In this document: positions 1 through 14,263 of the stretch, piece by piece
Layout: each line of letters begins with the position of its first letter
Numbering within the stretch: position 1 is the stretch's first letter
Assembly: GCA_964016885.1 (NCBI GenBank)
Contig: OZ024747.1
Location: forward strand, 22,072,001-22,136,000
Length of the DNA: 64,000 bases
Source of the DNA: Eledone cirrhosa
Lineage: Eukaryota
Reading direction: 5' to 3'
The notes under the pieces: model-generated
Database searches by the model: none
What the model saw: the letters and a program-made list of their open reading frames with translations, nothing else
What the model was told of the DNA's origin: nothing
Translations under genes and position numbers: made by a program

Positions 1-826
1 CAGGGGAAGAAGATCACCTTGCTTAAAGCAAGGAATGCTGTGAAAACATTCCTGGCCAAATTGAATGTCATTGAAAGGAATCTTTGTTGACGGGAATTCT
101 ATAATTTTCCTAGTGTCGCCAATGTTCAAAACATTGTAAGCGATGACCAACTCCAAATTTATACCACTCACCTCCGTGCACTACAAAACAACATGAGAGA
201 ACGGTTTGTCGACCTTTTGCCGATGGACATCCCAATGTGGATAGCAGATGCTTTCATAGCTAACGTCGACGATTTGGACGTTAAATTTCAGGAAGAATTC
301 ATTGAACTTCAAGCAGGTGACATGATCAAAATTAGATTTCCCAAAATAGGTGAACCCCTTTTTGGGATGCAAGAGGAAATTCAGCGTTGATTTCCACACC
401 TACATGCAGCGGCTAAGAGATTTGCTCTGCCTTTTCCAAGCTCATACTTGGATTGCACAGTAAGGCTCGCAACCGCTACAATCTAATTACACGTGGAGAT
501 CTCTGGCTACATCTTGGAAAATTCAGCCTCACGTCAAAGAGTTATCTAGACTCCATGAAGCTTAAGGGTCCCTTTGAAATGAGTCAAAGTTAAAATAACT
601 TGATTTATCCGAAAACTTGGACATGCTATTGTTACAAAGCAAACTAACAATTTTTTAATTTGTAGTTCCAGTCTGACTGGACTAATCAATCTTTTAGTAA
701 GCTACTGATATCAAAATCAGTAGTATATTGACAAATGGAAAAATAGGGTAGGGTGGGGGGCGGGGGCGATTCGCGATTTCAAGGGACAAAAAGAGGCATT
801 TGGCCTAAATGGGTTGAGAACCTGTG
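1..826 (+). mobile_element. 3' part of a decayed hAT (Charlie/Buster-like) DNA transposon
   Basis: Disrupted transposase C-terminus (MRERFVDLLPMDIPMWIADAF...LPFPSSYL); terminal GGTTGAGAACCTGTG resembles a Charlie-type TIR, followed by the 8-mer CACTAGAG. Confidence 0.7.
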
Positions 827-1076
827 CACTAGAGTATAACTGTAACAATAGAATCTGAAGACGTTATATTTTTTGGCGCATGCGGACTACCCTCTCTCCC
901 TCTCTTTCTTTCCAATTCTCTTACTCTCCTTTATATAGATATAGCCGTGATGTTAATCTCCTTGGATAACCGTCTTCTCTTATAATCACGGTCCAAATAA
1001 ACGCTTTTAAGAGAAATAGGGTAGACAGAAACTGCTCAAAATCCCATCGGACGACTCTGGACTTAAACCACTAAGG

Positions 1077-1125
1077 CAGTCATGGGCAAACTGCGGCCCG
1101 ACAGCCGCATGTGGCCCGTTTGGTT
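1077..1125. mobile_element. Isolated hAT MITE terminus
   Basis: CAGTCATGGGCAAACTGCGGCCC nearly matches the reverse complement of the right end of the MITE at 18429-18592. Confidence 0.55.
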
Positions 1126-1244
1126 TTCTGAATGGCACAGTTAACCTCTGCGGTATTTGACCTCAGAACGTAAAGGGCTGTAGCTATAAGTCGCAAGGAA
1201 TATTGTTCAATGTTCTACTAATACTACCAATCCACCGTCCTTGA

Positions 1245-1715
1245 CTAATAATGATTTCTAGTATAGGTACAAGGCCAGTAATTTGGGGGGAGTGGAAAGT
1301 CGATTAAATCGACCCCAGTACGTTACTATGAATTGTTTTCGTAGCAGGAGAGACTTCCCCCGGAGAGACTGGCGAACCAAGTACTTAAATGGAACCCACA
1401 GGGACGCAGACGGAGAGGGCGACCCAAAATGAACTGGCGCCAGACAGTTGAGAGGGACCTGCGAGCGACAAACAGACAATGGCGGCACGCTGTGCAACTG
1501 GCTGCTGACCGAACGCGATGGAACACTATGATTGCCTCATGCGTCGCAAGATGCGGGAGCTTCTGAGTCTGAGTACGTTACTGGTGCTTTATTTTATCGA
1601 CCCCGTAAAGATGAAAGGCAAAGTTACCCTCGACGGGATTCGAACTCAGACCGTAAAGGACCGTAACAAAGCATGGTGTCCGACTCTCTACCGATACGGC
1701 GAATCCACCGCCCTG
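1245..1715 (-). mobile_element. tRNA-derived SINE (family 1) interrupted by an RTE fragment
   Basis: Family-1 core in reverse orientation; flanking duplication CCTTGACTAATAAT. Confidence 0.8.
1328..1571 (+). mobile_element. 5'-truncated RTE-clade LINE 3' end
   Basis: Translates to ...ANQVLKWNPQGRRRRGRPKMNWRQTVERDL...AADRTRW...SF*; (CTGAGT)2 tail; 11-bp TSD AGTACGTTACT at 1317-1327 and 1572-1582. Confidence 0.85.
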
Positions 1716-2059
1716 CCCTTGACTAATAATAAAACCGAAGTGAAACTTAAGAGGTGTGCGTGTTTTTGTGGGTGGCATGACCTCCCGAAAATATAGCAAT
1801 ATCTATTTCAATACAGGATTTTATATTACGTATCACAGAAACAAATCCAAGAACGAAGAAAACACACACACACACACACACACCCACCCACACCCACACA
1901 CACACACACACACACATACGCGTGCGCGCGCACACACGCATAACTCACACACACACACATAAACTAATACACACACACACACACACACACAGATGTATAC
2001 AACTCATAGCTTTCTTTTCAATCTTAAAATTAAGTATGTAGTTAAGTCATGCATTAAAG

Positions 2060-4419
2060 CAGGCATGTCAAACTGAGGGTCCCCCAAGAGCCGCATGTGT
2101 CACATACGTGTTGTCTGAGGGCCGCACACGACAACTAATTGTGCACATTACAACTAATTAAAGTCATTTTGTAAAATTTATTGCAGAAAAATTTGTTACT
2201 TAAATTTAGAAGCATACAATGTACATACAAATGTTTTAGCAGCATTCAAGAATACAAAGTAATGAAGTGGTTTGACAAGAAAATACAATTTTAAATGACA
2301 ACAAATACTTGCAGCTTGTAACAGCAACAAATACATTGTACAACAATTACAACAGTTCAAAACTGAACATGTATTTGCTACTATTCAATCGTTTTTAGTG
2401 TTTTGTCCTGAGGGTTGACACCTCTTTTTGTTGACAATTTTTTGTATATCTGGCTGAAATGTCTGTACAGTTCCGACTTTGATCAGAGATGACAAATGTT
2501 GATCAGCCAGCCTTGTTCTCTGAGAAGTTTTTGTTAATTTCATGAAGGAAAATAACTGTTCACACATATAGATAGAACCAAACATTGCCATAATCTTTGT
2601 GGCAAACTTTCTGAAGTTTTTTAACTTTTCAGAAAGGTATGAAAATAAAGCAGGTATCCCCCACTTCAAGATACTTTATTCTGAGTGTAGAATCTGACTG
2701 CATTTCCAATAGTTCCATCTGCAGGCTTTCTTCTGACTTGGCAATATCAAAGGTGAATGGTGCTGAGAATAATGCAAACTGATGTTCAAAAGATGAGAAA
2801 TAACAAAATCTTTCCTGAAATTCCTGAAATTCAGGGTGACTGTCATACTTAGCAAAGTTAAGTACAGAATCAGTATTGGCAGTGTTTTTCAGCTCTTTGC
2901 ACGTAGGAAAATGAACCAAATTTTCATTTGACAACTGTGACTTCCATAAGCTTAGTTTTCTAATGAAGCACTTGATGTCATCATACAACTGAGTGATAGG
3001 TTTGTTTTTACCTTGTAATTTCAAATTAATATCAGTTAATTGTGCAGTAATATCCACAGCAAAAGCCAGATCTTGGAGCCAACTTTTATCTTTTATTTCA
3101 TCTGTGTTTTGAACTTTCATCTCCCAAAACAGTTATTTCTTGTCTCAACAAATAGAATCTTTTCAGCACTTTGTGACCTGACAACCAGCAGACTTCTGTG
3201 TATAATGGAACATCGGTGAACTGATATCCATATCTTCCAACACTTGGCTGAACTGATGGCTGTTGAGAGCACGGCCTCTGATATAGTTTACTGTCTTTGT
3301 GACTAAGCTAAGCACATGATGCAATTTTAAAAGCTTTGAACACAAATTTTACTGATGAATAATACAGTGAAAATGCGCAAATGAGGAATTTGAATACGAG
3401 TTTTCTATTTTTATTCGTAACTTGGCAGTAACACCATTATGTCTGCCAACCATATTCGCAGCACCGTCAGTAGATAAGCATGCAAGTTTACTCAAATCAA
3501 AACCATAGTCATGCTGAACCTGCTCGACCTTCTGTCCTGGCTTGTTATAGTGTCATGGATGGGGACCAGTTCAATCAGTTCTTCATACATATTAAACTCA
3601 CTGTCACAAGCCCTGATGAAGAATGCAAGCTGTGCTATTCCGGTGATGTCAACGGTCTCATCAATAGCAATAGAAAAATGTTCAAACCTTGATGATACAG
3701 CCTTCAACTGCTGTTTCAGATCACCTGACATTTCATCAATCTATTCAGTAAAAGTGTTCCAGGTTAGTGAAATGTCTTTGAATAACTGCTTTCTCTGGAC
3801 ATACAATTTCAGCTGTTTTTACAAGTCATTGCTTTACAAAATCTCCTTGACTGTAAGATTTCCCACTCATGGCGATCATTCGACTGAGTTCATAGCTTGC
3901 AGTAACGGAAGTGACATTCTCTTCCTGAATTTACATAAAACAGGTCTGTTTCTGTGTCAAGTTAGCCTTCAATTCCTTGAAACACGCATTGGGCCTTCAT
4001 ATTTATCGTAAGATCGATGGTTCGTTTCATAATGCCGTTGCAGATTGTACTTTTTTGGTGTGGCGATGCAGTTGTCGAAAATTAAACAGTGTATCTTTCC
4101 GTTCACCGTTGTGCACTTTTCTTGAAACACTCGCCCTTCTTCGTTCACTTTCATGTTTCTCTTAGCTGGAGGAGCACTAGCCATTTTAAAAGAAAACACT
4201 TGAAATTTTGAAAGAAAGTTTTCTGTTTACAACTGTTAATGAGCTGCGCGTGATTCGTCGGAAATAAAAAGTAGTTGACAAAAAACGCACAAAAAAAAAA
4301 ATAATCGTATCGAAAATTTTTAAAATTTTATATTACGAAGATAAAACATGCTCGCACTGTAAAAACATTTGTGCGGGTCGCAGGTGTGCTTGCAAAGGTA
4401 CACATGTTTGACATGACTG
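2060..4419 (-). mobile_element. Near full-length degenerate hAT transposon (SPIN/GTF2IRD2-like)
   Basis: 14-bp TIRs CAGGCATGTCAAAC / GTTTGACATGACTG (13/14 match) enclose a transposase pseudogene. Confidence 0.9.
2385..4184 (-). pseudogene. Frameshifted hAT transposase
   Basis: Fragments show BED-like CLI..NLQRHY, FSIAIDETVDITGIAQL (first catalytic D), TDGAANMVG, HCIIHQ (CxxH), LQDLAFAVDI and MFGSIYMCEQLFS, with several stops and frameshifts. Confidence 0.9.
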
Positions 4420-4543
4420 GTCTAGATATGTGAGAAACGAGGATGTAGTTTATGGAACACCCAAATGATTTAGAAGTCGACCTTAAGTAGGAGCAATAAC
4501 ATTAAGAAAGACGTGAACGACACCACATCATTTTGTATTGAAC

Positions 4544-4850
4544 ATTTTGAAAGTAGGTTTATAAGAATGAATTTTCAGTGGTTTTTTTCGTAGCTGTCTC
4601 AGTGGCCCAGTGGTAGGTACTAGGGACGGCGGGGATCCTGGTCTTGGGTTCAATCTTGGTTAAGAGGTATATGTAATCTTTTTCAGTTTTTATTTTACAT
4701 CCCATAGAAAAAAACTGAAAAGGTTTACCGGGAGCTCTACTCCCGAACTCCAGACCAGTATTACCATCGTCTATGACTCCTCTAAGTAGGCCGGCGAGAC
4801 AGCTACAAAAGTTTAATGAAAATTAATGATTATAAACCTACTTTTAAAAT
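4544..4850. mobile_element. Palindromic MITE-like element with a tRNA-like left arm
   Basis: About 55-bp imperfect terminal inverted repeats (ATTTTRAAAGTAGGTTTATAA...GTAGCTGTCTC); left arm has A-box-like TGGCCCAGTGG and B-box-like GGGTTCAATC; central hairpin. Confidence 0.55.
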
Positions 4851-5439
4851 TAAAGTTAAAAAACCCAATATATATTATAAATGTATAGGGGTCGATAAAA
4901 TAAAACACCAGTAATGCACTGGGGTCGATTTAATCGACTTTCCCCTTCTCCAAAATTGCTGGCCTTGTGCCTATAGTAGAAATCATTATTATTATTATTA
5001 TTTGATGCTCTGGATTTACAGTATCGGTAGAGCGTCAGATGCCATGCTTTGCACCATAGAGTCATGGCCCTTTACGTTCTGAGTTCAAATCCTGCCGAAG
5101 TAACCTTTCATTTCATCTTTACGGGTTCGATAAAATAAAGTACCAGTAATACACTGAGGAAATTGCTGGCCTTGTGCCGAAGGTAGAAACAATTGTTTGA
5201 TACTCAGCCGTAGTGAAAGAAGAAGTATAAATATTTTTTATTAACCAACCATTGGTTTAATTAATGCATCTGACGTAAGTAATTAATCTAAGCACAAATG
5301 ACGTTAATACATTGTCTAACAGATATATTGGTTGTATGACACTGTTGTTGAGCTGGGAAACTAACATAATGTATGATAATGTAATACAACAGGATGTACT
5401 AAGGTTTCACTCCCTCTCTACCATCTCACCTCACTATAT

Positions 5440-5810
5440 TATACACATACACACGGACATACAAACACACGCACATAGAAACATGCACACATACAAACAC
5501 ACGCACATACACACGGACATACAAACACACGCACATAGAAACATGCACACATACAAACACACGCACATACACACATACGCACATACAAAACACACTCACA
5601 TAGGGACATGCACACATACAAACAGACGCACATACAAACACACACACAGAAACATGCACACATACAAACACATGCACATAGAAACATGCACACATACAAA
5701 CACACGCTCATAGAAACATACACACATACAAACACGCGCACATACACACCTACAAACACATGCACACATACAAACACACGCACATACACATATACGCACA
5801 TACAAACGTG
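5440..5810. repeat. CA-rich minisatellite
   Basis: Repeats of CATAGAAACATGCACACATACAAACACACG. Confidence 0.85.
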
Positions 5811-6149
5811 CATGCATTGTTCCGTAACTTCTGAAGGAGTTGTAGCGACGCCATATTGACATACGTTGGCTTCTGCTGGCATCCGCTAGGCGGCGCTGGC
5901 TGTCAGCTTTTCAATATTCTGGGGTTTCAAAATGTTTATTTATTAAACATACCGTATATCTTTAAAAGTACGAAATTCGCATACAGCTCTGCCGAAGCTG
6001 AATTTTAATTCTACTTTTAAGTTGAGCCAACTTATACAGCTTCATATGCAAATGAGGCTAATCAGCCCACCTACACAGACGAAAAAAAACTATATGTTTT
6101 CGCCTGTTTCAAGTTCCAACATTGAGTTGGTAAAAACTGGAAAGTGTTT

Positions 6150-6345
6150 GATCAAAAACGTCTGCTAAATCCGATCAGACCTGGGATTAAACAACCCGGT
6201 CTCTGCACTGCTGGTTTCCTCCGTAAAATCAGAAAGACAGCAGTCCACCTGACGAAAGAACCCTGTAAGGTAGTATGGCTGTTGCAGTATATGTGTCGCT
6301 GGCAACTTTCTACAGCAATGCCTTTGCTATTTTGTCCGTAAAGTG
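6150..6345 (+). mobile_element. Decayed RLE-type (CRE-like) LINE C-terminal fragment
   Basis: FLRKIRKTAV..KEPCKVVWLLQ matches FLRKIGKTAA..KELCEVKWLLQ at 32460-32660. Confidence 0.5.
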
Positions 6346-6603
6346 CAGCTGATACACCACTCAGACTGAGGGGGGGGGGGGGTAGAGAGTCCTCTCCTTT
6401 TCTTACATTGCTTAATTCTTTTTTTTTACTTTTTTTTCTTCTGTTCTTATCTTTTTTGTATCTTATTGCCATGTACATGGTACAGTTTCATCCCATTTTC
6501 CTTTTATCAAGTTAGATTAAACCCAAAACAATATCTATACAATGCATTTGGCACTATAAGAACAGATAGTTAAATGTACTTATTAATATAACATATCAAA
6601 ATA

Positions 6604-6965
6604 ATAATTGTTTCTACTTTTGGCACAAGGCCAGCAATTATCCCAGTGTATTACTGGTACTTCATTTTATTGACCCAGTAAGGATGAAAGGCAAAGTTTA
6701 ACCTCGGCAGGATTTGAACTCAAGCCGTGAAGGGACCTAATTATATGCTGCCGATACTGCCAATCCACCTCCCTTACCAATATAATAATTATTTCTACTT
6801 TTAGCACAAGGCCAGCAATTACCAGTACATTACTGGTACTTTATTTTATCGACTCCGTAAGGATGAAAAGCAAAGTTAACCTCGGCGGGATTTGAACTCA
6901 GATCGTAAAGGGACGTAACTATGTTGCAAAGCATGTCCGACCCTCTACCCATACTGCCAACCCAC
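6604..6965 (-). mobile_element. Two tandem family-1 SINEs
   Basis: Two reverse-oriented copies with GTAAGGATGAAAGGCAAAGTTAACCTCGGCGGGATTTGAACTC-like cores. Confidence 0.85.
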
Positions 6966-7606
6966 TAATAATGCAGTTCACTGAGCTACCAAAGCAACGT
7001 CATCTATCATTTTTAAAGTGACCAACAAACAAGCCCAGTGCTATTGCATTTGTGATAACATTTTACACGTTTTTATCGTATGTAATCTTCCCCCTTTGTA
7101 TTTGTCCCCTTCTTTTGGGCCCCTGTGGCTTATAAAGAAACATATCTATTTTGCCTATTACAGAACACCCTGATAAATTATGTGCAGAGTATCAAATCAA
7201 TGAAGTACAGAGAAATAAATATAAATAAAAGAAAATATTCTATGGGAAAATTTCAGCACGTGGGACCTCATTTGCTCACTATTCAGGGAGATGGAGAGGG
7301 CGAGAGAGATGGAGGCGATGACAGTGGGAGTTTGGCTCTTCTGTGTTCGGAGCTATAAAGTATGTCTTAAGCCAGGTGGCTCATTTGACCGGTGCTTATC
7401 CCAGTTTCATGGCGTGAAGCGACTAAGAGTACAAGACTCCCCCCCCCCCCCCCTGGACAGGACGCAAGTCCATCACAGGGTTAAACTCACAGTTATAGGT
7501 GGAACTCATTTTCAGCTGAGTATACTGGAGTATGCTCAAGAACACAACACACAACTCAGGAATCGAGCCCCCACGACATTAAGATATATATATATATATA
7601 TATATA

Positions 7607-7856
7607 TGCATGGCTTAGTGGTTAAAGCATTGGGCTTGCAATCGAAAGGTTGTGAGTTCAATTCTCGGACGGGGTGATGTGTTGTTTCCTTGAGCAAGAC
7701 ACTTTATTTCACGTTGCTCCAGTTTACTCAGCTGTAGAAATGAGTACCGGCCTGCCCGCCCAGCCAGTGGGATGGCGTTATCTTATGGCTAAAACAGCAC
7801 GACGTGCTGTGACCAGCGGCGCCCATTGGCGCCCGACAGACTGGTTGGTCAAGGTG
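7607..7856 (+). mobile_element. tRNA-derived SINE family 2 (CORE-like)
   Basis: A box TGGCTTAGTGG, B box GAGTTCAATTC, core CCTTGAGCAAGACACTTTA; related copies near 24870-25090 and 30925-31230. Confidence 0.75.
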
Positions 7857-7887
<31 letters not shown>

Positions 7888-7905
7888 CTGTATATATGTG
7901 TGTGC

Positions 7906-7949
<44 letters not shown>

Positions 7950-8546
7950 GCACACACATATATACAGTATATATGTATATATATATATATATATAAGAAC
8001 AGATTAAAGTTAAAGCAAAGAATCATTGCTTTCACCCTTAACGGGATCTTCTGAAACTATACTATATTTATTTATATATATATATACATATATATATATA
8101 CACCATTATATATATTTACTTACATACGTACATACATAGAAACACATATGCATACTCACATATACAGCATACATTCACACACACACCTACATACATACAG
8201 ACACACACACATACACAGACCCACACACAAACTCACATTACAGATTTACAACCGGAAACCTATCCACGAAGCGCAATTTCCTTTAAGGGCACGACAAGTT
8301 AACTGTTATTTCTAGATGAACATATAAGGTTACAGAAACGCAGTCTCACCGTGACGATGAGCATAGTCTTATATAAACAAATTACCTTTAAGAGAGCGGC
8401 TCAAGTATGGTGGTGGTGGTGGCATTGATGGAGATTGCTTGTTATTGTTATGTAATAATATATACCTTCCGCTGATGTCACCTTCCATTTTAGCCTTGTG
8501 TGGCGTTTCAACGAAGTCGTTGTTGATGATGTTGATGGTGGTAATT

Positions 8547-8709
8547 GTGGTGGTGGTGGTGGTGGTGGTGGTGGTGGTCTTCTTCTTCTTCTTCTTCTTC
8601 TTCTTCTTCTTCTTCTTCTTCTTCTTCTTCTTCTTCTTCTTCTTCTTCTTCTTCTTCTTCTTCTTCTTCTTCTTCTTCTTCTTCTTCTTCTTCTTCTTCT
8701 TCTTCTTCT
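8547..8709. repeat. (GGT)n-(CTT)n compound microsatellite
   Basis: Direct inspection. Confidence 0.95.
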
Positions 8710-9195
8710 GTAGACCTACGATCAAAGGTATTCCAAATTTGAACATTCTCTCTTAAATCCTACCCTTCTTTAAGACAGTTGTAGGAAAGGAAACGAGGAG
8801 AAGGAGGGGGTGATTTGAGAGGGATTTAAAGATTATATTTCTCACAGAACGAGAGTAACCATGTCCAGTGAGTCATCTCTACGATAATGAGAATAATTAT
8901 ATATTTTGGATATAAGGAATAATTCTTTGTAAGGCCAGCAATTTCGTGGCGAAGGGAAAATCCAATATATGGACCTCAGTCGTTGATTGGTAGTTTATTT
9001 TATCGATCCTGAAAGGATGAAAGGCAAAGTTTGCCTCGGTAGGATTTGAACTCAGACTATAAAGACCCGGAACAAATAATGCTATGCATTCCTTCAACGC
9101 TCTAACTTCTCTGCCAATCCACTCTCCTCTATAAATAATTATTTCTAACATTGGCACAAGGCCAGGAATTTTGGACGAAAGGGAAAAATTGACTT

Positions 9196-9832
9196 GCACT
9201 TGATAGGTTTAATCCTGAGTGCTGCATGGCTGGAATCAAAATCAGTACTGCGAAGACTGAGACACCCGTCCTCCCAAGAAAGCCTGCGCAGTGCACTCTA
9301 CATGGGAGAGGAGTTCCACTGAAGCAGGTGGAGAAGTTCAAGGATCTCGGGACCGTGTTTACGAGTGATGGAAGGCAAGAGGCTGAATTATGAGCAAGAA
9401 TTGCAGGAACTGGTGCAGTAACACGCCAGCTTCAGCATTCAGTAATCAGAAGAAGGGAGGTAGGTGTAAAAGCCAATTCGGTATTCGTACCAACACTTAC
9501 CTATAGTCATGAATCTTGGATAATGACCAATAAAATACGATCGTGGGCTAGATGGTTGGATAACATCCATGAGCTTGGCTGGTCTCACTTGGAGATCCAG
9601 CTGGATCAGTTGGAGAGCGTTGCTTCTGACAGAACCCACTGTAAGGAATGTCTGAGTACTCTGCCTCCATGACCCTCTCAGGAATAAGTGGGTGAAGAAG
9701 AAGAAGAAGAAGAAGAAGAAGAAGAAGAAGAAGAAGAAGAAGAAGAAGAAGAAGAAGAAGAAGAAGAAGAAGAAGAAGAAGAAGAAGAAGAAGAAGAAGA
9801 AGAAGAAGAAGAAGAAGAAGATGAAGAAGAAG
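9196..9832 (+). mobile_element. Internally deleted RTE LINE fragment with (GAA)n tail
   Basis: GIKISTAKTE...QVEKFKDLGTVFTSDG thumb-region motif; 3' end shared with 35600-35810; long GAA tail. Confidence 0.75.
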
Positions 9833-10173
9833 ATTGTGTCGACACTACTGCTTGGCTGGTATTTTATATCAAAAAAGAAAGGAAATAGTGACAGCGGAAG
9901 GATTTGAATTCAGAATGTAAAAAGTCGGAGCAAATACTACTAAGTATTAATCCGGCACTGTCAATGGATTATCTCCTCTTGATAAGCTCTTGTCTGTTTT
10001 CTGACTTCTGGTTCTCTATCTGTGGCAGTTCACTATTTTATATTTGACTTTGTTTTTTCCATTTTAGATTAATTTCTTTTCTTGTAGGAAAATATGTACC
10101 ACATGTTTTAGACTGTTTATCTAATACACCTTGCCAACAACTCTGATGTGAATACCATAAGGGATCTCATATG

Positions 10174-10255
<82 letters not shown>

Positions 10256-10287
10256 GTGTGTGTGTAGGTATATCTATATGTATATAC

Positions 10288-10328
<41 letters not shown>

Positions 10329-10368
10329 GCTATGCCTGAAGCTAAATTCTATTTCTAATATATATATA

Positions 10369-10469
<101 letters not shown>

Positions 10470-10530
10470 GTTCACAAATACATGTATTCACACACGCGAG
10501 TACATACAAACACACACACACGCACACACG

Positions 10531-10569
<39 letters not shown>

Positions 10570-10724
10570 CAAAGAAGGTGTGGTAAGATACTGTGGTCGA
10601 CCATAACTCACCAGAGTACTCGATACTTATGGTAGTAGAGTGGGTAATAGGAAAAGAGTCAGGACCCCAACGGATGAGCTCCGGCCGTTTCGACAGCTAG
10701 ATCCAAACTCATATATATATATAT

Positions 10725-10945
10725 ATAGGAACGAGTAGGACCCCGACGGCTGAGCTCAAGCCGTTTCGACGGCTAATTCTGGATTTAAAAAAAAAAAAAG
10801 ATTTTTTTAGTCCAGAATTAGCCGTCGAAACGGCTTGAGCTCAGCCGTCGGGCTCCTACTCGTTCCTATTACCCACTCTACTACCCTAAGTATTGAGTAC
10901 TTTGGTGCGTTATGGTCCACCTGGTTCCTTACCACATTTCCTTCG

Positions 10946-10950
<5 letters not shown>
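10725..10950. repeat. TA-flanked fold-back cassette, family P1 (half-hammerhead)
   Basis: Arms 10725-10783 and 10811-10868 are inverted; contains GAAAC-GGCT-loop-AGCC-GTC; other copies near 10570, 14850, 43180, 46430 and 62285. Confidence 0.75.
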
Positions 10951-10996
<46 letters not shown>

Positions 10997-11090
10997 CACA
11001 CAAATACAGGTATTCACTCACTCACTCACTCACTCACGCGCGCATACACGCACACACACACACACATACACACACACACACACCCACCCA

Positions 11091-11148
<58 letters not shown>

Positions 11149-11533
11149 TACCTTCATTTATAGTTGTACACTTGGTATCTATGTTGTGACTATACAATGC
11201 ACGTCTATGTATTTCTATATCTGTGTGTTAGTATGTATTTGCACCTTACAGATTTGTTACTGCCAAGATACATACCACCATATATTTATTTCCGTAACAC
11301 AAATTTGAAGAGAGAATTATCAACATAAGGGTTTGGCTCAAAGTCAAAATAACCATCCACCACTACGTATCTTTTTGATGTGAATCAACAAGGGAATATA
11401 ATTCTAACTTAAATTGTAATTTTGGAAGTTAGGGAAAGTAGAACATAGAACAAGATGAAATGTCCAGGGATAATAATCGTTATATATATATATATACACA
11501 TACAAATATGAGTGTATAATTGATATATACAGT

Positions 11534-11590
<57 letters not shown>

Positions 11591-11749
11591 ATGCGGTTTA
11601 AATATTCATTTTATTAAGGTTAAATAGTTTCTTGTTACTCTGGAGTTTCACCTGTTTATCACAGGGTCAAACAGGTGAAACTCCAAAGTAGCAAAACACA
11701 CTATTTAACCTTAATATATATACATACACACAGACACACACACACACAT

Positions 11750-11793
<44 letters not shown>

Positions 11794-11817
11794 TTATAAA
11801 ACTGTTTATATATTGTA

Positions 11818-11878
11818 TTTTGTCTGATGAAGGCATACCATATTTTAATTTGGTATCCCTGAAATATGTATAATGAAA
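11818..11878 (+). ncRNA. Type I hammerhead ribozyme motif (Penelope-type), family P2
   Basis: UUUUGU-CUGAUGA-stem II (AGG.AUACCA/UGGUAU.CCU)-GAAA-UAUGUA-UA-AUGAAA; stem I closes with two G-U pairs; AATAAA follows. Confidence 0.7.
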
Positions 11879-11920
11879 TAAATATGGTTTTATAAATATA
11901 GTTTCCATTTATTTAATATC

Positions 11921-11981
<61 letters not shown>

Positions 11982-14263
11982 CACACGTACATATATATAC
12001 ATACATGCAGGACCAAGAAAGATTTTTTATTTCCATTTTATTCCATTTTAGTTTTACACGTTTCAATACTGTCAGTGATTTCTTCTTAACTTCTCAACCA
12101 AATCATTTTGGAATGGATCTCCGTTGCTTTCGACAATTACTGCTTTGGTTGTTCGATCAACGAAACAGCCTGTCCGTGAAATTAACAGACATGTCTACAG
12201 ATATGTCTACAGAATTACATTAAGGGTAGACATGTCTACCCTTAATGTAATTCTCAGGGAGATTCAGCATAGCACAGAGTGTATCCTTGAATTATAGTAC
12301 AATTCATCCTTGAGACTGCCAAACAGTTTTCGGCAGCCCAATTTCACTCACAAGGCAATGATCGATCCTGGGCTATGGTAAATGACACTTTCCCAAGATG
12401 CCACACAGTGAATCTAATCAAAAATTTAACATTGAAAAATGACCTTCTTAACCATTAGGCCATACTGCACCTACTTAACACCTTTTTGAAGTCATACAGT
12501 TATACTTCTCTTCTACATATTATTTCTTCACTGGAGCGCTGAGCAAAATGTTTATGTGCCATGCCTACCATGACCGTCCAAGCCTAATTTTGCTGTAGTT
12601 TCTCCTGCTAACCCACGTTTCCTTATATATGAAAAAAAAAAAATCTAAAGCATAAAAAAGAAAAAAAATCGTTTAATAATTGAGGTTTCAATCATACAAA
12701 CAAAAGACGTGGTCGATGAGGCCAAAAATAATTCAGTGAAAATAAATATTCTAAAATCAATATTAATTACCCAGCAAGGATTTCATAAAAAACCAAAAAA
12801 AAAAACAATTTGTATAAATTCACATAATTCAGCTTACATACACCCAGAATACAATAGGTTGCTCCTGATTATTGAGTGACAACCATATTTTTCCCTTCAA
12901 CATATTGAATTCTAAACCAAAAGGATCGGATATGTCGATGGAAGCTGAATTAAGCACATTTTATAATATTTTTTAATACAAAACATTTGCGGAGAATGCT
13001 TAATATTGGTGATCTTTGAATATTTATTTTCGCTGTAATACATATATATTTATAGCCTAATCGAACATACGGATTGCAATGTATGATTGAAAGTTCGACC
13101 TGATTTTATCTGCTATTTTTGTTTCTTTCCATCTTTTGCAAATATACTGTAGGCTCATGCAGTTCCTTCGTTTATCAGTTGTAGTCGTTGTTTATCTCTA
13201 AGTCAGCTCTGTTGGAGCAGACATATGTTCAAAGATATTCCAACTGTGAACAACTATTAAGGTAGACATGACCTGGGCCAATACTGGCAGAAAACTTTCA
13301 AAGTTAATCAATGTTAACTAACCTTGTTCATCAATAACTACATAATGCAAAGTGTTCTTATTTGATCGAGGTAGGTTGAAATTTGAGGACATTTCGCTAC
13401 TATTTCTAGCAGATTAACTACCACTTAGACGAACCCACGTTAGTAATTTCTGATGGTGTCCACAATGGAAACAGACAAGGTAGACCCATTCGTAAATACG
13501 ACAGTTATTGTTCCTCAGATATTAATTAATCCCTTTGATACCAAACCGTCTGAAATAGCCAAGTTTTTATGATAACACAATTATTTGTAAGAACCTTTGT
13601 TATGTTATGTTCCGAAGTTTATATTACTAAATCTCTGCAAATTCTTGAACATTTTCAAAATTATTTGAAAATCATATGCAAGGGGAGTGCTCCATCATGG
13701 CCTCATCTCGTCGGCTGGAAGAGGTAAAAGAGAAACATCATAAACATCAGAAAAAAGAGTAACGAAAGGTTTTCAACCTTTTGAGTTAGTAATCAGGTGC
13801 ATTATCGATTTGTTCAGTTGTGTCTCTTGTCCAATTATGATTTAGTTGTGAAAATGTCAGAACATTTTGTAAATGAAACCTGCTATAAAAACAAGGTAGT
13901 TATATTTTTCCCTTTTAATTTTTATCTCGTTTTTAATATATATATATATTATTTTTTCATGTCTGAAATATTCTGTCCTTTATTTAATCTTTTTTATAAC
14001 ATCTTTCTTTTTTCTTTCCTTATTAAATCATTTTTCATTTTTAAAGACTTTTATTATTTTTACGTTATTTTTATTTCTTTTATTTTTTATTTTTTATTAT
14101 TACCTTTTTTCATTTTTCTTTCTTTTATTTTAGTTTCTAACTCATTATTCCCTTTTTTTCCATTTCTTTTTCCTCCTTTCTCTTTTTCTTCCCCGATCCC
14201 ACTCCCTGAGAGAGATGTACAGAAATAGTTCTTCCTGTGTTAACATGTGAATCTTCAATATAG

